Part shown: piece by piece, positions 28,617-37,200 of the stretch
Layout of the letters: each line of letters begins with the position of its first letter
Position numbering within the stretch: the stretch's first letter is position 1
Origin: Candidatus Eiseniibacteriota bacterium
GTDB lineage: Bacteria > Eisenbacteria > RBG-16-71-46 > CAZAMP01
DNA length: 64,000 nt
NCBI GenBank assembly: GCA_965224245.1
Contig: OZ245046.1
Coordinates: 32,001-96,000, forward strand
Direction of reading: 5' to 3'
Notes under the pieces: model-generated
The model's input: only the letters and a program-made list of their open reading frames with translations
Database searches by the model: none
What the model was told of the DNA's origin: nothing
Program-made: the position numbers and the translations under genes

Positions 28617-30101
28617 GTGAGACCTACGATCACGACGCGGAGCATCGGAGCCGTCCGGATGACATCCCGAGCTCTTGCGTGGACACTCGTAGCCGCCGCA
28701 TTCCTCACGACGTTCTCGAGGGATGCCCGATGCGAGGAGTGCATCCCGGGCTGGGACCAGTATCCCGTCTTCCAGACGAATACCGTCTACGGCGTCTTCG
28801 AACACGACGGTGTCGTGTACCGTGGCGGCTGGTTCTCGCTGTTTCGCTGGACGGGCAGTGACTGGGAGACGTTCGGCGGTGGCATAGGAGGCGACGACGG
28901 GACCCTGTTTGCGGCCGACTTCGCCATCTACGAGACGGACCTCGTCGTGGGCGGTCATTTCCCCACCGCCGGAGGAATCGTCGTCAACTCGATCGCGACC
29001 TGGGATGGAACGACCTTCGGAACCGTCGGCTCGGGGGTGGGTGGTGAGATCAAGGCGCTCGTCGTCTACGACGGAGACCTGATCGCGGGCGGCCGCTTCT
29101 CCCGCGCGGGTGAGGTCTCGGCGCGCAACATCGCACGTTGGGACGGTAGCACCTGGCACGCGATGGGGTCTGGCGTCTACGATGCGATCCCGGATGGGAC
29201 GACCGACGGAGTGCAGGATTTCGTCGTCTGGAGGGGGGATCTCTACGTCGTCGGCGACTTCACTCACGCCGGCAGCGGTGAGGTCTCGTACATCGCTCGC
29301 TGGAACGGCTCCACGTGGTCCGACGTGGGCGGCGGCATCTCGATGATCGACGGCGGCCCCACCGGTCTCCGCGGTGTCGACGTTCACGACGACAACCTCG
29401 TGATCGTGGGAGCCCTCGACTTCGCCGGTGGCGTCGCGGCGATCAACATCGCGCGATGGGATGGCGTGTCCTGGTCCCCCGTGGGCTCTGGATCGGATCC
29501 CTATGGTGGGTTCCTGGATCTCCGTCAGGCGGCCCTATCGGTGGCCTCGTACAACGGTCTCCTCTATGTCGGAGCCGACTTCAGCGAGGCGGTGAACCCG
29601 AGAGCGGAAGCGGTTGCGGTCTGGGACGGTCAGCGATGGAAGCCGGTGGGTCATGGACTGGACTACGGTGGATACCCGCCGAATCCCCTGGTGCTGGATT
29701 TGGAGGTGTGCGACGGGTCTCTCCTGATGGGAGGCATATTCGACGTTGCCGACCAGGAGCCGACCGACAACATGACACGCTACACTGATTGTGACGTCGT
29801 GGTCGGCGTGGCCGGAGCGTACGAAGCGGATACGCCGCTTCAGGTTCGGCTCCCGAAGAACCCGATGCGGTCCCGCTTCCACTTCTCGATCGACCTCGAG
29901 TCGCCGGCACGCGTTCGAGCGAGTCTTCTCGACGTACAGGGGAGGAGGGTCGACCTCTTGCTGGATCAGTCCCTGTCAGCCGGAAGTCATGGGTTCCCGG
30001 TGGAACTCGAATCGCGTCGAGCGACGCCGAAGGGGGTCTACTTCCTGCTTGTCGAGGCAGGGCCATCGACGGTGACGAGAAAGCTGGTCCTCGTTCCGTA
30101 G
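28617..30101 (+). CDS. secreted beta-propeller protein (IARWDGxxW repeats) with FlgD/T9SS-like C-terminal domain
   Basis: RBS AAGGAG; repeats GDLxxGGxF..AG..NIARWDG; C-terminal KNP..DVQGRRV..GVYFL. Confidence 0.88.
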   Translation: MRPTITTRSIGAVRMTSRALAWTLVAAAFLTTFSRDARCEECIPGWDQYPVFQTNTVYGVFEHDGVVYRGGWFSLFRWTGSDWETFGGGIGGDDGTLFAADFAIYETDLVVGGHFPTAGGIVVNSIATWDGTTFGTVGSGVGGEIKALVVYDGDLIAGGRFSRAGEVSARNIARWDGSTWHAMGSGVYDAIPDGTTDGVQDFVVWRGDLYVVGDFTHAGSGEVSYIARWNGSTWSDVGGGISMIDGGPTGLRGVDVHDDNLVIVGALDFAGGVAAINIARWDGVSWSPVGSGSDPYGGFLDLRQAALSVASYNGLLYVGADFSEAVNPRAEAVAVWDGQRWKPVGHGLDYGGYPPNPLVLDLEVCDGSLLMGGIFDVADQEPTDNMTRYTDCDVVVGVAGAYEADTPLQVRLPKNPMRSRFHFSIDLESPARVRASLLDVQGRRVDLLLDQSLSAGSHGFPVELESRRATPKGVYFLLVEAGPSTVTRKLVLVP

Positions 30102-30231
30102 ACCCGACGCCGCGTCACCAGCACGTCGAGTGCTCGCAGTTCCTCGACCGGGACTTTGGCCTGCGTCGCCGCGCCCGGCCGGGAACCACGATCACTCCAC
30201 GAGAGAACACCATGACGTCGGACGTGGAGCA

Positions 30232-31605
30232 CTAGTCCGGCGAGATGTTCTGATTGAGGTGAAAGAGGTTGTCAGGATCGTAGGTCCGCTTGACCCGCAC
30301 CAGACGATCGTAGTTCTGGCGGTAGTTCTCCTTCACCCGAGCCTGATCGTCGTCGGCCATGAAGTTGACGTAGCCACCGCTCTCCGAGTAGGGGACGGTG
30401 CCGTCATAGTAGTCACGGACCCACTTGATGCGCGACGCATCCTTCGATGGATCCGTCCAGGCGGCGACGAAGACCGGCGCGAAGCTGGCGTCACGGTACG
30501 CGAACGCCGTGTCCTCGGTCCCGACCTCGTGGCAAGCGCCATCGATGGGGTAGAGGTGCATCGTTGCGGATACTTCCGGCACCCGGGGACCGTGCTCGAG
30601 ATGAACCGAGATCGCCTCGTCCGTCAGCGCGTTGACGAAGTTGCCCTTCCAGTAGCTACGGATTCCCTTGGGGAAGAGGGCGTCGAACGCCCCGTTGAGC
30701 GCCGGGTAGGGCATCGGGCCCACGGCGTGAGCGACCACCGGCGCCACGTCGAAGAACTTCTTGATGACCTTCTCACCCTGGTCGAGAGCCCCCGACCAGT
30801 GAACGACGGCAACACAGAACGTGTCGCCGTGCCGGTCCTCCGGGATGAACGGCAGCGGCGGGGCAATCTGCCACCCCGGGAAGCCACCGAACTCGCGTGG
30901 CGCGTTCTTGATGAAGTCGCGGAAGAACTCGAACACCTGCTTGGCGTCCCCGACCTCGTAGAAGATGGGGCCGGCATACACCATGTCGACGTCGTGCAGC
31001 TGATACTCGAAGGACGTGACGACGCCGAAGTTCCCACCACCCCCTCGCAGAGCCCAGAACAGATCCGCGTTCTCGTCCTTGCTCGCCACGACGGCCTTGC
31101 CGTCGGCGGTGACGACGTCGGCCGAGATCAGATTGTCGCAGGTGAGGCCGAACTGCCGGGTCAGATAGCCGATTCCGCCGCCCAGCGTCAGTCCGGCAAT
31201 GCCGGTCGTCGAGATGATCCCGCCCGTGGTCGCGAGACCGAACGCATGAGTTGCGGCGTTGAAGTCGCCCCACGTCGTGCCCCCGCCGGCCCTCGCGGTG
31301 CGGGTCTTCGGGTCGACGCGAACGCCGCGCATGGGCGAGAGGTCGATGACCATCCCGCCGTCGACCGTTCCGAAGCCCGGGGCACTGTGGCCGCCGCCGC
31401 GAACCGCGAGATCGAGCGAGTTCTCGCGCGCGAAGTTCACGCAGGCCATGACGTCGCTCACCTGTTCGGCTCGGACGATGACGCTCGGCTTGCGATCGAA
31501 GATGCCGTTGTGCACCTTGCGTGCGTCGTCATAGTCGGCGTCCGCGGACGTGACGACGCCCCCTCGCAACTGGGTTCGCAACTCGTCGAGTGTGAGCTTC
31601 GCCAT
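30232..31605 (-). CDS. FAD-binding oxidoreductase, VAO/BBE family
   Basis: RGGGHS flavinylation motif, GLTLGGGIG, LFWALRGGGGNFGVVT, YVNF, YDPDNLF. Confidence 0.93.
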   Translation of the reverse strand: MAKLTLDELRTQLRGGVVTSADADYDDARKVHNGIFDRKPSVIVRAEQVSDVMACVNFARENSLDLAVRGGGHSAPGFGTVDGGMVIDLSPMRGVRVDPKTRTARAGGGTTWGDFNAATHAFGLATTGGIISTTGIAGLTLGGGIGYLTRQFGLTCDNLISADVVTADGKAVVASKDENADLFWALRGGGGNFGVVTSFEYQLHDVDMVYAGPIFYEVGDAKQVFEFFRDFIKNAPREFGGFPGWQIAPPLPFIPEDRHGDTFCVAVVHWSGALDQGEKVIKKFFDVAPVVAHAVGPMPYPALNGAFDALFPKGIRSYWKGNFVNALTDEAISVHLEHGPRVPEVSATMHLYPIDGACHEVGTEDTAFAYRDASFAPVFVAAWTDPSKDASRIKWVRDYYDGTVPYSESGGYVNFMADDDQARVKENYRQNYDRLVRVKRTYDPDNLFHLNQNISPD

Positions 31606-31997
31606 CTCGCTTCTCCAGGGTAAGAGTAGGGCGTTGACATCGCGCGCGGGGACCGTGTCCCCCTGGGCTCGATAACGTGTCTTCGGCCCGGTGGATTCGC
31701 GCAATACGACGATGCGTGAGCGCCGGCCGGGCACGGGCAGCGCACCCGGTCACCATCGGGACAGCGCAACGTAAATCATACAGGCACCCCCGGTGTCAAA
31801 CCGCGATGGGTCCTGTCTGGGGGCGACGGGGCGGTCGAGTGGTGAGTTTCGAGCCGGAATCCTCCAAAAGACGGCCCACTCCTGCTGAAGCTGGTTACCC
31901 AGGGCCTGGAGCAGGTGGCGCTCCAGCCGTGCACCGCTCTCGCCTTCCGAGCGAAGTCCGAGCACGCCCGTGTGCGCCGGTCCGAGAGCTCACGGGG

Positions 31998-33152
31998 CTA
32001 CTGCTCGTCGCGGTCCTTCGCGACCCTGCTCCTGATCCAGCTCGCAAGATCCGCGACGAAATCGTCACGGATCTCCGCCTCTCCTTTCTCCCTGAGGATG
32101 ACGGGATCGTAGAGAGCGTGCCCGGATTCGGGATACACGCGAACCGTGACGTCATGGCCCGGCGCGAGCTCCTCTTCGATTCGGGCGACGCTGGCAACGA
32201 CCGGTACGTTGTCCTGCTCGTCGGCCTCGCCGTATGCAAAGAACATCGGCTCCGATAGGCGCTGCCAGTGACGGAGCGGATCGAAGTCGATCACGTGCGA
32301 GATCCACGACCACATCCAGTGGTCTGGCGTCGATGGGAACTTGGCCACGACCTCTCCCGCGCCTGCACGAAGAGCCTCCGCTCGAACCGAGTCGTACCCT
32401 TGCCACTCGCGATCTCGAACGTATCGAATGGCCGCGTGCTGCACGGCCATCGCCATGCCGTGCATCTCGCCACTGAGCCCCTCCTGACGGAAGGTGTTGG
32501 CCATCTCGTGGTCGAGCGTGTCTTCGAACGGCATGACGGAGGCCGACACCGCAGCGACGAACGCGACGCTCTCGGGACCGTCGGCGACGACGGGGGCGTA
32601 GAAGCCTCCCTGACTGAGACCGACCACGCCGACCGACCCTGCGTCGACTTCCGGTCGCCTGCCGAGGTACGCTACCGCCGCTCTGATGTCGTCAGCCAGC
32701 TCCGCGAAGGACGACCGCTTCCAGTCGCCGCCGCTGTCGCCGGTTCCCCGCTTGTCCGGCACGAGGACGGCGATCCCCTGCAACGCGAGACCCTGACCGA
32801 TCATCAGGGACCAGATGTTCTTTCGACTCGAGTCTCCGGCCCCCTGGATCAACACCGCTGCCGGCTGCGGTCGCGGGACGTTCGTCACAAAAGCCGTTGC
32901 CACCACCTGGAAGCCACCCGACTCGTACGTCACATCTTGCATTCGGTATGGCTCTTCCACGTCGGACGAGTCCGTTGCAGATACCCCGGCGCCGGCCGAC
33001 GACCCGACCATCAGTACGGGCAAGATGAGGATGCACGTGAGTCGCCGGGTCGGGTGTCGGGGTAACGGAGCGGCGTCGGGTGTCCGAGGAAACACGCACA
33101 CATCGTGTCGTCCACGACACGTATCGTGCACTGATCCGCGTGACCTGATCAT
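31998..33152 (-). CDS. secreted alpha/beta hydrolase (peptidase S9/S15-like); start uncertain
   Basis: DKRGTGDSGG, nucleophile elbow GLSQGG, GEADEQDNVP, SGH. Confidence 0.85.
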   Translation of the reverse strand: MIRSRGSVHDTCRGRHDVCVFPRTPDAAPLPRHPTRRLTCILILPVLMVGSSAGAGVSATDSSDVEEPYRMQDVTYESGGFQVVATAFVTNVPRPQPAAVLIQGAGDSSRKNIWSLMIGQGLALQGIAVLVPDKRGTGDSGGDWKRSSFAELADDIRAAVAYLGRRPEVDAGSVGVVGLSQGGFYAPVVADGPESVAFVAAVSASVMPFEDTLDHEMANTFRQEGLSGEMHGMAMAVQHAAIRYVRDREWQGYDSVRAEALRAGAGEVVAKFPSTPDHWMWSWISHVIDFDPLRHWQRLSEPMFFAYGEADEQDNVPVVASVARIEEELAPGHDVTVRVYPESGHALYDPVILREKGEAEIRDDFVADLASWIRSRVAKDRDEQ

Positions 33153-33322
33153 GGATCCATCCTGTGGTGGCCGAAAGCTCGAACGCGTCACCGGATGATA
33201 GCGTACAGCCCCGGTCAGGGACTCTCGCATTCGAGCGGACTCGTAAAGCCCCGGCGACGGCTGCTGCACGTTCCGGGTCTGGATGGGGCGGCGAGATCAG
33301 GCGTGCGAAGCTGGAGGGACGC

Positions 33323-33356
33323 AAAACGCCCCGGCGCGCGTGTGCGCCGGGGCGTT
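33323..33356 (-). terminator. rho-independent terminator of the fasciclin gene
   Basis: 13-bp inverted repeat AACGCCCCGGCGC/GCGCCGGGGCGTT ending in TTTT on the minus strand. Confidence 0.75.
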
Positions 33357-33376
33357 CAATCGTGGCGTCGACAGTG

Positions 33377-33982
33377 TTACGGGAGGAGAACCCGGTCGAT
33401 CACGTGGATGACGCCGTTCGACGCTTCGATGTCGGTCATCACGATCTCGGCGTTCGGCGTGATGTCGCTGGTGTCCCGGAGGAAGACGTCGCCGTCCAGC
33501 TGCGGGAACGTGAAGCCGCCCGCCTTCATGCGAACCCGATCCGACTCGAGGATGTCCGCGGCGAAGCGCTGGCCGGGCGACACGTGGTAGAGCAGCACCG
33601 TGGTCAGAAGCTCCGTGTTGCCGAGCAACTCCTCGGGCGTGTAGGGGAAGCTCGGGTTCTCGAAGAGTGCCTGGAACGCGGCGTCGGTGGGTGCGAACAC
33701 GGTCCGCTGCCCCTTTGCGCCCAGATCCGCCGCCACGGCGGGATCGGCGGCCAGCACGGCGGCGACGAGCGTCGTGAACTCCGGCACGTCGGCCGTCGAG
33801 AGGCCGAGCGCGATGTCGAGGATCGTGTTGCCGGACTCGTCCGGACGCCGCTCGGCATCATCGGTGAGGCTGATCGAGTCGGTCGCGCCCAGCGGCTGCG
33901 TGGCGGAAGGATCGTCGGCACAACCGGTGAGGCCCGCAGCCGAGATGGCCAGCGCGCCGATGATGGCGGTACGAGTACGCAT
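33377..33982 (-). CDS. fasciclin (FAS1) domain lipoprotein
   Basis: Lipobox LTG-C; TVFAPTDAAF, LLYHV, ASNGVIHVIDRVLLP. Confidence 0.93.
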   Translation of the reverse strand: MRTRTAIIGALAISAAGLTGCADDPSATQPLGATDSISLTDDAERRPDESGNTILDIALGLSTADVPEFTTLVAAVLAADPAVAADLGAKGQRTVFAPTDAAFQALFENPSFPYTPEELLGNTELLTTVLLYHVSPGQRFAADILESDRVRMKAGGFTFPQLDGDVFLRDTSDITPNAEIVMTDIEASNGVIHVIDRVLLP

Positions 33983-34241
33983 GAGATGTCTCCCGTGAGT
34001 TGAAAGGGATCTGGTTTCGAGCGATTGGGCCATCCGGCCCGCTGGAAAGTTAGACACTGGAGTTCGCAAATATGTTCAGAAAAATTCTTGGACAAAAACC
34101 GCAAGCTTGCGTACTGGGCGGCCGTGGGGACCGGTGGACTCGCTCGAGCTGCAACAGACTGCCGCACAAGGACTTCGTGGCCCAGCTACCCCGAGGTCTC
34201 GGCCACGCCGATCCACGTCCCCGAGGGTCCGGCGGCTCCGA

Positions 34242-37200
34242 TCACGGTAGCCGGACCAGCTTGCGAGTCAGGATCCACGAGGCGGACTCGAGTCGGACGA
34301 AGTACACGCCGGGCGCGATTCCGAGCCCCGCGGTCGACCGACCATCCCAGGTCACGTCGTGTACTCCGGGCTCCAGGGTTCCCGACACGAGTGACCGCAC
34401 CTGCCGACCCTGAACGTCGTAGACACGTAGCGAGATCGGGCTCCGTTCGACGAGGCCGAAGCGGAAGCGCGTGCCCTTTCGGAAGGGATTGGGTCGGTTC
34501 TGTGCGAGGAACGGACGAAGCGCGACAGCGCCGGGATCCTGCCCCGCGAGCAGCCCGGTCGGGATGACGTCGAGGCGGCGCTCGTGGTCGAGAAGCACGA
34601 TCTCGTCCACGCTGATCATCTCGGCGCCCGTACCATCGAAGAGCAGCTGCGCGAGGAAGCCGTCGCCCTCGGGGGCGACCGACTCCGACGGTCGCTGAAG
34701 TGCATTGGCCACGAGTACCCGCCCCGGGGGCGTTTCTGGAAGTGTGGTCACGAAGACCGGTGTCTCTCCGCCGTTCCGGGTGAGGATGTTGCCGGCCGAC
34801 CCACCGCTGTCCGGCATCGCGCTCACGAAGGTCATCGATCCGGCCGGGTAGGTCACCGCCAGGCTGTAGCCGGCGAGGTTCGACACGTTCTGGACGGAGA
34901 CGTTCACGAGCCAGTTCGTACCGCCGGCGGGAATCGTCTCGTAGTAGACGTTCGCCAGGCCGTTCTCTCCGGGCGGGTCGCTCGTCGGCACGCCCCCCTC
35001 TCCGAAGTGCGTCTCCAGGCTGTCCGCATCGGCGTCGTGCAGCACGTCGTCGCCGTTGAGGTCGAAGAGCGGATCGAACTCCGGATCGGTGGCGTCGCGC
35101 GCGAAGATGGTGAGCAGGTGACTGAGATCGTCGACGCCCACGATGCCGTCGGACGTGAAGTCCGCAACCGGCACGCCGACGTTGACGGCGGGGAGAGCGA
35201 GGTTCGAGGGTCCGATGGTCTCGTGCACGCCGTCGATCGCGCTCACCCAGTACGTGTAGGTCGTCCGGTTCTCCACGCCGGGATCCACGTACGCATCGGT
35301 GCTGGCCGGAACCGTGTCGAGGGAGTCCAGCAGCGTTGACGGGGGCGCCCCGCGGTAGATGCGATAGCCGGTCACCGTGTCCTTCCCCGCTCCATCGTCG
35401 AGCGACAGATCCCAGGTGAGGGTCACCGAGCCGCCTCCGTCCCCGGGCGTGTCGACGGCGCGCATGTCGGTCGGCGGAGCGGGGAGCCGGTTCGGATCGG
35501 ACGCGCCGGACACCGCGAACGCCACGTTGGAGAGCGGGGAGAGGTTGCTCGCCTCGTCCTTGCCGCGGATGGCCAGGTGATAGAGGTGTCCCTCCTCGGG
35601 CAGCTCCAGGACGGCGCTCTCGGGGGATCCCGGTGCGCCGGGGGTCGCGGTGATCGCGATCTGCGGATACAGGTCCCAGTCGGTCTCGACGAGGGGCGAG
35701 TCGGCGTACGCCACGACGTAGCCTTCGAGCGTGCCCGCCAGCCCATCGTCACCGGTCGCCGTCCACAGGACCTCGATGGTGCCGCCTCCCGGGACCCCGA
35801 CGGCTCCGAGGTCGTCGATGCGACCCGGCGGGACGAGGTCGTCACTCATGGCGGTGCCGAGGACGGCGTATACACCACCCCCGGGGACCGGAGCGGAGAC
35901 CACGTTCGACCGCGTGCTCACGAGGCCGTCCAGCAGTGGATCCCAGGTCCGGGTCACCTCGTTCCACCGGAAGGCGGCGAGCGTCGTCTCGTCGATACCC
36001 GCCAGAAGCGAGTCGTCGTACGCCAGGTTCATGCCGCCCGCGCCGGCGAACACGTCGTCGGCCACGAGGTGAACCGCGTAGAGGTCGGAGACCTGCAAGA
36101 GCCCCTGAGCCGCGGCACCGTGGGCGACCGCGTTGCTCGATGCCGCGATGACGAGCTGCGTGCTCTCGAGCTCGTCGCCCGGAACGTTCAGCTCGCTCGA
36201 GCCCAGGTGAGCTTCGTAGTACGCCGACGCCTCCGCCTCGTCGACGACGAACGCCGTCGTGAAGATGCTCGTGCCTCCCGACGTGCCCTCGAGCCAGATC
36301 TCCAGCGTACCCGTTCGGTCGAACAGGGGATCGTCGAGGTCGAAGGCGTATGTCCCGGTCCAGCGGTCCTCCGAGGGGACGTACTCCATCGAGATCATGG
36401 TGACGGCGGAGCCGCAGAAGCACGTGACCGTCGGCTCGTCCGCGAGGGACTCGTCCGCCCAGACGTCGATCTCGAAGCCGGCATCCGCGGTGGTTCCAGT
36501 GGGCGCCAGGCTCACCGATGCCCCCGGTCCATCGGCGCCGGCTCCACGCTCGGCCGGGGCGGAGCTCTCGGCTTCGCCTCCCTCGGGCTCGTCGGAGAGA
36601 CGAAGCGCCAGCTCGCTGCCGGCATCCCGGGACGTGAGGCCGGCCAGCGCCCCATGTCGCGTGCGTGTGCCCGTGCGCAGATAGGCGGACAGTGCGTCGC
36701 CCTCCTTCAGTCCGACCGCGTGAAGCCATCCCCGCGGATCGGTCTCCCCCAGGAACGTCAGCGTCTCGCCTCGTCTCCCGTACACGCGCGCACCCGCCGC
36801 TGGCCCGCGCTCGTCGGAGACCCTCACCGTGCTCGAGAACGATCCCGGGCCCGCGTCGGCGATCTCGACCTCGATCGTGGGCGGGAGACGGGTCCCGCCG
36901 TTGTCGATCCCATAGCCGAACAGGCCGATGAATGCCGTGGGGCCGGCGCGGTCCGGGCTCGTGGACGCGCCGTTCACGAACCACCCGGCCTGAGGCGTGA
37001 CGATGTCGGCGTATCCGCTGTCGCCCTCGAGCTGACCCTCGAGCTGCTCCCAGCACGACTTCCCCCGTACGGACAGCTGCTCGGTCTCCACCTCCCAGCA
37101 GGAGATCCACGCGCAGCCGTAGTCGTAGTTCGTGAGGTAGTCGTTGCGAGAGGACATCTCGGTCGTGCCCGTCTCGACATCCATGAACCCGAAGTTGGAT

